Source: Azolla caroliniana (Eukaryota > Plantae > Polypodiophyta). Taken from it: a DNA stretch of 64,000 nt. Below are positions 1 through 9,366 of this stretch, piece by piece. The notes under the pieces are model-generated. The model was not told the origin of the DNA. It searched no databases and worked only from the letters and a program-made list of their open reading frames with translations. The stretch is taken from NCBI GenBank assembly GCA_043228905.1, contig JBHGNT010000012.1:11160001-11224000 (forward strand). The letters run 5' to 3'. The position numbers and the translations under genes are program-made. How positions within the stretch are numbered: position 1 is the stretch's first letter; the number at the start of each line of letters is the position of its first letter.

Positions 1-740
1 ATTTTTTAGAAGGATCTCCTCATCAAGTCACTGTATTTAGTGATCACAAGAATCTTGCCTACTTCCAGAATGCTTGCATGTTAAATAGACGACAAGCTCA
101 GTGGGCTCGGTTCCTCACTCATTTCGACTTCAAGATTACATATTGGCCGGGCAAGCAATAGGGGAAGGCAGATGCATTATCACAATGCTCGTATCTAGCT
201 CTTCGTCCTGGTGATCCATCCTTCAACAATCAAAAGAAAGTAATCCTGGGTCCAACACGATTTCAAGCAACATGGGTTTTTGACACTCCATTGGATTCTC
301 ACATTATCGATACCATACATGAAGATTTGAAGACAGATGTTTTTGCTCAAGTTATTCTAGATCAAATCGATCCCTCTCGAGCATCTTGTTCATGGTCATA
401 CCATTCTACGCTTATACCGGCTATCATCCTCGCCGGTGTGTGTTAGAAACTCCTGAATTACCCACAAATCCTAGTGCAAAGGATCATTTGTAGCGGCTAT
501 GATGAATTCTGGCAGAACTATCTATCCATCTACGTCGCACCCAACAAACACAGAAGGACTATGCGGATCGACACCGGCTTCCATCCTCTTTTGATATTGG
601 AGATCGAGTATGGCTATTATGATAACACATCAAGATTACTCGACCATGTGACAAACTGGATTAATGATGTCACTTTTCACCTTGATCTACCTCCGCAACT
701 ACGGATACATCCGTTATTTCATAGTTCTCTTCTAGAATCA
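1..740 (+). pseudogene. Degenerate Tcn1-like chromovirus pol remnant (RNase H end joined to integrase C-terminus)
   Basis: Colinear with 57486-59000 (e.g. ttagaaggatctcctcatcaagtc vs ttagagggctctccacatcaggtc; INDVTFHLDLPPQLRIHP vs INDVTFRLDLPPQLQIHP). It has stops and an internal deletion, and is cut at 741 by an LTR. Confidence 0.85.
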
Positions 741-1248
741 TGTTGCCTTCCTCTTTGGAAGCGACACCTTCGATTCCTAACCGGAATTGGACCAAAGGAC
801 TGTGGTACATGGTGGTCAGATCGCTTTTATGAAACGGAATGACACCCTACAGATTACATAAGAGGAAACCTCAACTATGCATACACGATAGGGAGAGACA
901 AGTTACTTAACAATTATTAAAAGTGAACAATGACACAAAATAGACCCAACACTGTTTAGATTACGGAATGAGTAGTGATTACAGTTACATGGCTAACTGC
1001 CAGAATGTATCCGATACACTGTAGAAGGATTAATTACGTAGTAACGTTAGAATTCTCCCCTATATATCTCCCCTTTCTTCCTTCGATCTACTACTCCTTA
1101 TATAGATGTTCCTTTGTGTGCTCCTTCTCCTTCCACGTTTTTGGCTGTGTTTATTTTAGCTGCTTCTGATTGCTTTCGGTTGTTTACCTACTGCTACCTA
1201 ATTCCTATTGCGATTCTCATATGTTACTATTTTGGCCCACAAACAACA
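741..1248 (-). repeat. 3' LTR of element A
   Basis: TGTTG...CAACA termini; minus-strand TATA-like CTATATAAGG near 1096-1105; flanked by the same ct-tggcacg motif as the related LTRs. Confidence 0.75.
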
Positions 1249-1250
1249 CT

Positions 1251-1267
1251 TGGCACGCCTGTGGGAC
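1251..1267 (+). other. Inverted PBS-like site (tRNA-Arg-like) at the PPT position of element A
   Basis: TGGCACGCCTGTGGGAC, 2 nt from the LTR end; resembles the tRNA-Arg PBS TGGCACGCCCGGTGGGAC. Confidence 0.7.
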
Positions 1268-1655
1268 AGTGCCTTGGCACGTTGAACCCAACAAATCAAA
1301 ATTTCCCATTCGTAAAGAAAACGTTGTTGAAATGAATTTAGTATATATTATAGTTAATCCTCGGTCAAAATGTGTGACGTGGAATACGCAGATTAATCTC
1401 CAGCCACAACCGAAGCGTAGATCACTTGATGACAATCAAAACACAGACGAAATGGGAATGGTGGTAAGTACACAAGACAGAAAGAGAATACAGAGGATAT
1501 TAACGTGGAAAAACCTAAGAGGGAAAAACCACGGGAGTCCACAGACTCCAAACTATCACTCTGTAAAGAAATACAACATGGAGCACAGAGGCAACGACCT
1601 CTTGCTCACAATCTTCGCCTAGCGGCGGTTACAACAGAGACACAATCTCTGTATA

Positions 1656-1658
<3 letters not shown>

Positions 1659-1691
<33 letters not shown>
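1659..1691 (+). repeat. (CT)n microsatellite within the copia A LTR
   Basis: Run of ct dinucleotides; similar runs at about 24828-24852 and 29618-29642 in the copia C LTRs. Confidence 0.9.
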
Positions 1692-1695
<4 letters not shown>

Positions 1696-2042
1696 GCACT
1701 ATACAGAGGTTACACCAATAACTCTATCATCCTTACTATTAAGTTTGCCCTAGGTCATATTTAACTAATATGACTTTCGGGCTATTTACAAATATAGCCC
1801 CAGTGGGCTCTCTGGAACATATTTACATATATGTCCCTTCCATTCGATGAGATGTTCTCACCGGGCCTGCAACATCCGGTTCTCACCGGGTCTTCCGTTG
1901 CCGGGTACTCCACATCCGGTTCTCACCGGGTCTTCCATTATCGGGTACTCCACATCTGGATTCGGCCTCGACCGAGTTGCTCATCAACACTGTTCTTCTC
2001 ACTTCCCATCCGGAGGGACCTGTTTCCTAACAAACTCCCCCT

Positions 2043-4481
2043 TCACTCTGGCATGGGATGTCTTACTAGTCCGATCCGCTTCCAACATGCATCCAACTTG
2101 TCGGGTATTAGTACTTTGGTCAGCATATCTGACCCGTTCTCGGTCGTGTGGATCTTCGTCAGCGCGAACTCTCGATCTTCTACACGCTCCCGGATCCAAT
2201 GATACCTACGCTGGATGTGCTTCGTCCTAGAATGGTACGCTGCGTTCTTAGTAAGGTGGATGGCACTTTGACTGTCGCAATAGAGCCGGTATTCATCTTG
2301 CCGGATACCGAGCTCACCGATGAAGTCCTTCATCCATAATATTTCCTTGCTAGCTTCCATAACCACCATGTACTCCGCCTCTGTGGTTGACAACGCAACC
2401 GTCTTCTGCAGCCTCGACTGCCACGAAACAACTCCCCCTGCATATGTCATTACATACCCGGATGTAGACCGACTGGTATCCACATCAGCCGACATATCCG
2501 AATCGGTAAAACCGTCAAGTTGAGGTTTACTAGAGCCGAATTGGAGACACATATTCAAAGTGCCCTTCAAGTACCGAAGTATCCATTTGACCGCGTCCCA
2601 ATGCTCCTTGCCGGGATTGCTCATAAACCGGCTCACCACTTCGACTGCGTATCCAATATCCGACCGAGTACACACCATTGCGTACAACAAGCTCCCGACG
2701 GCAGAGGCATATGGAACCTTCACCATATCCTCCTTCTCTACTTTCGTCTTCGGGCTTTGCTTACTTGATAGTCTGCAGTTTTCCGGGAGTGTCGATTCGA
2801 CCGGTTTTGCTTCTAACATGTTGAACCACTGAAGCACCTTTGTCATGTATTTCTCCTGTGACAACCACAATTGCTTCTTTGACCGGTCCCGGATGATGTG
2901 CATCCCCAGTATCTGTCTTGTCGGGCCCAAGTCTTTCATTGAGAAAGTTCGGTTGAGAGCCTTCTTCAGCATCCGTATTTTGGCTTGGTCCCATCCGACT
3001 ATCAACATGTCGTCCACGTACAGGAGTATTAGGAAGTCACCTCCTTCGAACTCCTTCACAAACACGTAGTGATCGGTTTGCATTTTGTGATACCCTTGGT
3101 CGGTCATGAAGGAGTCGAACTTCCGGTACCATTGTCGGGGAGCCTGCTTCAGTTCGTACAGGCTCTTCTTCAACCGGCAAACCAGGTGCTCCTTCCCTTT
3201 CTCCACGAAACCTTCCGGTTGCTGCATGTAGATCTCCTTTTCGAGGTCACCGTGAAGGAATGCCGTCTTCACGTCCAATTGCTCTACCTCAAGGTCCATG
3301 CTTGCCGCTATACTCAGCACCGTCCGGATGGAAGTCATCTTTACTACCGGGGCAAATATCTCGTCGAAATCTATGCCCTTCTTTTGCTGGAACCCCTTCA
3401 CCACGATCCTGGATTTGTATCTCGGGGGGTTGCCGGCATCTCCCGGTTTCAACTTGTACACCCACTTGTTTCGGGGTGCCCGCTTTTCTTTCAGCAACTC
3501 CACCAATTCGTACGTATGGTTCTCATGCAGGGAATCCATCTCATCCTGCATGGCACTTAACCATTTGCGGCTATGGGCGTCACTTTTAGCTTCCTCGAAG
3601 CTTTCTGGCTCCCCCTCATCGGTTAGCAACACGTGCTCTAGATCTGGAAATCTCCAGGGGGCCCTTCTCTCTCTGAGAGGATATCTGCGTCCTTGGGCTT
3701 CGGTAACCGGCTCCTCCATTTGCTCTTCATCCGAATCCGATTCGGGGTCTTGGCCGGTTCCGATTTCACCTATTCCTTCTTCTTCGGCTTGTTTTGTCTC
3801 CTTACCATCACCGGCCGGTTCATCGAGTGCTAACCGGTCTCTTGCCGGTTGGGTCTGCTCATCGTAGAATCGATCCTTACTGGTCGACTCAGAGTTCATT
3901 ATCTTCTTCTCCGACTCCCAGTCGGCGAGCGTCTTGTCCTCCATGAAGATAATATCTTGACTCCGGAATACCTTCTTGTCGGCCAGGTCCCACACTCGGT
4001 AGCCGAACTTATCGTCGCCGTAACCGAGGAATATGCATGGCCGGGTCTTTGGATCCAACTTTCCTCTCTGGTCCTTAGCTACATGCACGTACGCAAGACA
4101 CCCGAACACCTTTAGATGCCGGTAGGACACTTCCTTACCAGTCCATACTCTCTGAGGCGTGTCTCCGTCCAAGGGTACTGAGGGTGATCTGTTTATCGCG
4201 TATGTCGCCGTCGACAGTGCCTCAGCCTGAAACGTCTTGGGTAATTTTGCATGCACCAGCATACTCCGAATCCTCTCCATTATGATCCGGTTCATCCTCT
4301 CGGCCAGCTCGTTTAGTTCCGGTGTCTTCAACATGGTAAATTCGAGACGGATTCCCATCGAGCGGCAATACTCCTCGAACTGCCCCCTGTATTCTCCTCC
4401 GTTATCTGCTCGAACCGCCTTCAGCTTTCGGCCGGTTTCTCTTTCCACTCTCGCGTGGAGTTTTTTGAAGACGGATAGCAC
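2043..4481 (-). pseudogene. Copia pol fragment (integrase core, RT, RNase H)
   Basis: Motifs RADNGGEY, QLDVKTAFLHG, LYVDDML, SRTKHIQRRYHW; preceded by an in-frame TAG and a deletion; close paralogue of 25256-29320. Confidence 0.92.
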
Positions 4482-4746
4482 CTAATCCTTCGTCTTCGAC
4501 GATGTGGCCCACAACTTCCGGTTGTGGTCATCTATGAACGTCATGAAGTCCGGTTCTTACCGGGTCTTCCGTTGCCGGGTACTCCACATCCTATTCTCAC
4601 CGGGTCTTCCGTTGTCGGATACTCGTCATCCGGTTCTCACCAGTTCTTCCATTGCCGGGTACTGCACATCCGGATTCGGCCTCGGCCGAGTTGCTCATCA
4701 ACACTGTTCTTCTCACTTCCCATCCGGAGGGACCTGTTTCCTAACA

Positions 4747-5168
4747 ATGTGGAGGATTCCCTTCGTCTGATTTGGTTCAGTTGTCACGTCCTTTGGAGTG
4801 GTCGTGGGGTTGGGTCATGGTGCGCTGGTGTTTTTGGCCGAAATGTCTGTTGCAAGCTCCTTTTCATCGTTGCCCGGGAATATCGGGGAGGTTGGGGTGT
4901 GGCTATCTGGCTTCATCGGTCGTTCGTCGATTGCGGCAGGTTGTTTTGGGGCGTTATCGTTCAAGGCTTGCTCCGTTTCGATCATCAACAACATTTCATC
5001 ATCATTGAATTCCTCAAGGAGGGTGCTGATGGCTTTTGTGTGGGCATCAGCTAAGGCATGAAAATCCTCGGTGAGGTCTTCTCGGATCATTTGTATGTTG
5101 TTGTCCTCCATCTTGTAGAAGCCTTTTCCTTCTTTCCTTCGGTTTTCGGCGTTCGCCCGTAGGACTTG
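4747..5168 (-). pseudogene. C-terminal part of the element A extra ORF
   Basis: GFYKMEDNNIQMIREDL matches GFFKMAQNDIDNIQEDI of the 817-aa ORF; continues from 20130 across TSD ACTTG. Confidence 0.75.
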
Positions 5169-5612
5169 TGTTGAGAGACAAGCTCAACATCGGCCGGATC
5201 GGTTGAAGAAGCCGAGGACCGGATCGGTTGGGACCAATCGGTTAGGATGAATGCGTAAACCGGTACGCAGACCGGTGCGTAGGTAGGTCAGGATCGGTGC
5301 GTAAATCGGGAGGCCGTTAGGAAAGATATTCCGTGAGGAATATATTTGGGAGTTAGTGTAGGAGCTCTTAGTGAGCATTGAAGTACTGTTAGTACTTCGG
5401 TCAGTCCTTCTAGGACTTGTATAAAAGTGTTCATTGAACACACATATGTATAGAGAATGGTGAATAGAGTTTTTTGAATATAGTTCTTGTTTTCTCTCTA
5501 TCACTCTCTCTGTCTCTCCCGCGTATACTGCGTAAGCTCAAGCTCTCCATTAAACCTGAGTTTTCTTCCTCTGTTCGGTCTTCATACTTGCTTCCGCACG
5601 TTACTCTTTACA
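5169..5612 (+). repeat. 5' LTR of copia B
   Basis: Direct repeat of 19711-20129. Confidence 0.95.
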
Positions 5613-5624
5613 TGGTATCAGAGC
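5613..5624 (+). other. PBS (tRNA-iMet) of copia B
   Basis: TGGTATCAGAGC immediately after the LTR. Confidence 0.92.
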
Positions 5625-5696
5625 GCGAGGGTTGAGAACCTCTCTGCAGCCGACACAGCTTGACGAAGAAAAACAAGAAGAACGATGGATAGAGGC

Positions 5697-5998
5697 ATGG
5701 CGAGCTCGTTTCCAACAGAGAAGCTCGACAGAACCAACTACGCGTCTTGGTCCTACAAGATGCACCAGTACCTGCTCGGGCACGGCTACTGGAGTTATGT
5801 CAAAGGAGCTAATGACGCGGCACCCGAATCGACACACAGAGACTTCCCGTCGTGGGAGCAGGGTATTATACTGCTTCGCATCGTGTGTGGGCGAACAACT
5901 ATTGAGCTATGTACGGGATGCAAAGACGCCGAAGGGTGCGTGGGAAAATCTGAAGAAGATTTTCGCCGCGAGCACCACAGCCAGGAAGCTTCAGCTTC
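5697..5998 (+). pseudogene. Copia B gag N-terminus
   Basis: MASSFPTEKLDRTNYASWSYKM; frameshifted; resumes at 15381 after the gypsy insertion. Confidence 0.85.
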
Positions 5999-6455
5999 TG
6001 TTAATCGGCTAATTACTAACTACTACCGATACAGAAGAGTGAACGTCGCTACTCAACGTTCTAACAAGGAATTGTGTTTTACGAACGGAATTATACTATA
6101 TTAATCGGTAATTACCGTGATCGTTATTTAGTTATAAATTAGGAAGCTTGCACTTAAGATCATAGACAATAGAAGGAACACAGAATTCGTACAAGATATT
6201 CCTAACTTAAACTTATATTACTAAATAGAACGACCTTTCTTACAATGCCTTCGGTTCCCTTTTATAGGTATACCGAAGGTCTTTTCTCATCAAGAACTAT
6301 TCCTACTTACTATCAAGATTTACAAAATTATCTAACTAACTTAGTTCTCTTCGTTTACTGCTGAGTCATTGATCCGAACAGTCGATCCGAACCGACTCTG
6401 TTTTCGACGCTTTCCCACTTGTTCGGTAAAACTGACTGTCCGGGTCCGGGTAACA
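5999..6455 (-). repeat. 3' LTR of B1
   Basis: TGTTA...TAACA termini; repeat of 14919-15375. Confidence 0.96.
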
Positions 6456-6457
6456 CT

Positions 6458-6472
6458 TGGCACGTCCGTGGG
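6458..6472 (+). other. Inverted PBS-like site at the PPT position of B1
   Basis: TGGCACGTCCGTGGG, 2 nt from the LTR; no purine tract between the extra-ORF stop and the LTR. Confidence 0.7.
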
Positions 6473-6499
6473 CCAGGACCTTGTCCAGCGAACCCACGC

Positions 6500-8953
6500 C
6501 TATTCCTGTAGCTCTTCATCCGAATCGTTCAGAATATCAAAAATCGAAGGCTCATCTGGCCTTGGATGTATTCCACCTATATCTTCCTCTTCATCTTCAT
6601 CTGTGTCACAGTCGTCCTTTGGAGCAGGTTGTGATTCGGTTGGCTGCTCTGGTTCGCTTCTTCCGGAAGCTTGAATACCAGGAGTCTTGCTGGTTCTTTC
6701 GGCTTCGATTTTATCCAACTGGACGGAAGTGCCTATATCATTTTTGTCGAATTCTTGCATAATACGTTGAATTTCTTCTCTGTAAAATGCCACAATTTTG
6801 TCCATATCTTTCATGATATCCTCTTGGATATTGTCAATATCGTTTTGTGCCATTTTAAAAAAACCCGCACCTTGGACCTGACGGTTATTTTTGTCGGCAC
6901 GCAATAACTGTAATTCCGCCGCTTGTGCTGTCCATAACTTCCATCCTTGCGCAAGGGATTCATCGATCATTTTCTTTGCTAGGTTTCGATGTTTCCCTAT
7001 GATGTGCTGCACTTTGTCCCTAGTGATGCTTGCGACGTATTGGGCGGTCTGCAACTCTTTCTGTAAATCCGTAATAGTGGTTCGGTTCTCACTTTCAGCT
7101 CGCATTAGTTTGGATTCGACTACATATATATCCAGCCGTCTTTGTTCCGATATCTTCCGAATTTCTTCCAGTTGTTGTTCGAATGCCGATTTCTCTTTAC
7201 TCCATTCCTCCTGCTGTTCCGTCATTCTTCTGTTGACTTCTTCAAGACTCCGCTCTTTTTCTGTCAATTGACTTTCCTGTGACACTATATACCTTTCGAA
7301 TTCTTCAATTTGTTCGGTATATGTATGATTGGCCGTCTTAGCTTCTTCTAGATTTTTCTGTAATTCGTTTATTACTTGATTTTTTTCTTCGAGAATTTTG
7401 TATTGACCATTCTGAATGGTTTCTATTTGTTTTTCTAATTCTGTAGTTCGAAATACAACATTGTTGGCCCTTGTTGTTTCTGCTTGACGTGCTTTCTCAG
7501 CGTCCTCCAATTTCTGCTGCCATTCAGACTCCGACACCATAAGCCGTGCCTGTGTTTCCCATTTGTTTAGACTTTCCTTTAGTTCTTTATTTTCTGCCTG
7601 TATGTTACAAAACTGATGTTTCAGCACCTCCGCCGATGCGGATACACTTTTGTATCTTTCAGCCATATCACTGGCTTCTTTGCGTACCGTTTCATATTCT
7701 TTATGAATTTCGACCAGTGCTCCATGTAATGGTGGCATTTCAATAGCCTCCCCTTTATTCTGTGCACTTCTTTTCCGGCCTATTTTTTCTATCTCTGCTT
7801 TTTCTTGAGGTTCCAACACTCCTCGTAAGGCTTTCTGTATCATTATTCGGTCATTATGTTCTTGAGCCAGCCGTTCTGATACTTCTGTCAGTCTTTTAGC
7901 CAACCATTCAACCAGTTCGTATGAAGTTCCGAACTGTAAAATGGCAGCTAATTCATGTGCTGCTAGTGGGATATCCAAGTACCCATGTGCTTCCCGAATT
8001 GCTACTTTTGAAGATTGTCCTTGGTGAGGTTGTGTCGAAACGCTCTCATTCCCTGGTTTTAGTGCTTCTGTTACCACAGGCGTATTCGAATTTTCATTTG
8101 TGCGTTGCCTTTTCGGTGCTGATCCCTCACTGTTTTCTGGTTGGAATTGCCGATTAGCCTTTTGTTTAATCCTTGTTCTTTGTCGCATCTTCTCTGCTTG
8201 TTGTCGATTTTCTGTCGGCTGTTGCTTGTTTATCAAATTGTCAACTGTTTCTTGTTCTGCTGCTGGTTGCCTGTTTTCGGAATTCTCTGGTCTTGGTGGT
8301 TCCGACTGAGGCATATTTGTTTGTATATTATCGGCATGTGCCGATTCTTCTTCTATCCATTCTTCATGTACTACCTGTCGGTGTCTTCGTGGTGCCTGTA
8401 CTATCGGTGGTCTTCTTGACTGAACAGGAGTTTCCGATTCTTGAATTGGAAACAATACTGATAACCAACGACCAAAAATTTGCTTCATCGGTTTTCCTGT
8501 TTTTACCCCTTGTAGCTGCTCTCTCAGAGCTTCCCCCGACAATAGTGGCCAGTTGAAATCCTCTTTTTCGTATGCGGCTATGATAAACCCAACCCTTTTT
8601 TTCGGCATGCAATAAAAACGAGGACTGACAAATCCCACCTCTAATAAAAATCTAGCCACTTCATGAAAAAACTCATCCCGACCTCCATAAGTCTGATATG
8701 CTTTTGCCGAGGGTGAGTATTCCCCGAAATACGATTGGAGTGCTTCTGATGAAGGTTTTTTAACTGCCTCAAAGCCTCCTCTTGGCATCTGTAATGCATT
8801 TCGTATTTTCTTTGTGGTGATTTTGGTGATGTCCATTTGTTGTACCAATTCTTCCGCCTGCGGATGAGGTTTCGCTTCTGCTACTTTGATGAAACCTTGT
8901 AAGTTTCTCTCATGAAGCCACAATCGCAGTTCTTTAGATACAGGAATCGGCAT
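6500..8953 (-). CDS. 817-aa extra ORF of unknown function (globular N-terminus, disordered linker, long coiled coil, acidic tail)
   Basis: Uninterrupted ORF between pol and the 3' LTR; motifs conserved in two diverged copies in this window. Confidence 0.85.
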   Translation of the reverse strand: MPIPVSKELRLWLHERNLQGFIKVAEAKPHPQAEELVQQMDITKITTKKIRNALQMPRGGFEAVKKPSSEALQSYFGEYSPSAKAYQTYGGRDEFFHEVARFLLEVGFVSPRFYCMPKKRVGFIIAAYEKEDFNWPLLSGEALREQLQGVKTGKPMKQIFGRWLSVLFPIQESETPVQSRRPPIVQAPRRHRQVVHEEWIEEESAHADNIQTNMPQSEPPRPENSENRQPAAEQETVDNLINKQQPTENRQQAEKMRQRTRIKQKANRQFQPENSEGSAPKRQRTNENSNTPVVTEALKPGNESVSTQPHQGQSSKVAIREAHGYLDIPLAAHELAAILQFGTSYELVEWLAKRLTEVSERLAQEHNDRIMIQKALRGVLEPQEKAEIEKIGRKRSAQNKGEAIEMPPLHGALVEIHKEYETVRKEASDMAERYKSVSASAEVLKHQFCNIQAENKELKESLNKWETQARLMVSESEWQQKLEDAEKARQAETTRANNVVFRTTELEKQIETIQNGQYKILEEKNQVINELQKNLEEAKTANHTYTEQIEEFERYIVSQESQLTEKERSLEEVNRRMTEQQEEWSKEKSAFEQQLEEIRKISEQRRLDIYVVESKLMRAESENRTTITDLQKELQTAQYVASITRDKVQHIIGKHRNLAKKMIDESLAQGWKLWTAQAAELQLLRADKNNRQVQGAGFFKMAQNDIDNIQEDIMKDMDKIVAFYREEIQRIMQEFDKNDIGTSVQLDKIEAERTSKTPGIQASGRSEPEQPTESQPAPKDDCDTDEDEEEDIGGIHPRPDEPSIFDILNDSDEELQE

Positions 8954-9366
8954 GACTTCTGTGTTTCCTTGTTCTGAATCACTTGTCGATGACAGTTGCA
9001 GATCTGCACAGTTTCTGTAGCGATGAAAATCAGAAAAACAGAGTTTGGGCGAACTAGGGCACGAAGGAGGCTCAGACTGTTTCGATATCTACACTCGTTT
9101 CTGTTGTTTTGACGACACAGACGATATAGAAATATGCTTTAAAGATATTAACTTATGCATGATGACTTAAAGAATAGTAATTGCTATTAATGTAGGAATT
9201 AATTAGTATTCACTCTACGTGTAGTGGTTGTACTCACTAATAATCATGCAATTCCTTTTTCTATTTATAGTCGATTCATACTGTTATGGCAAGATTGTAT
9301 TTCTGCATTTGACAAGAACTATTGAGTGAGTTAGTTAGTTAGTTTTTTTTTTTTTTTTTTTTTTTT

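Larger units (their letters stand above)
1280..4746 (-). mobile_element. Internally deleted Tork/Tnt1-like Ty1/copia (copia A)
   Basis: 3' LTR about 1280-2032; PPT 2033-2045 (minus TGAAGGGGGAGTT); IN-RT-RH ORF; only the U3 end of the 5' LTR remains (about 4548-4746, ending tgtttcctaaca); gag/PR deleted; TSD degenerate. Confidence 0.88.

Noticed and set aside
6500-8953. Captured myosin/SMC-like host gene, or env
   Set aside because: The similarity is only coiled-coil composition; no ATPase motif, signal peptide or transmembrane helix was seen; homologues occur at the same position in sibling elements.
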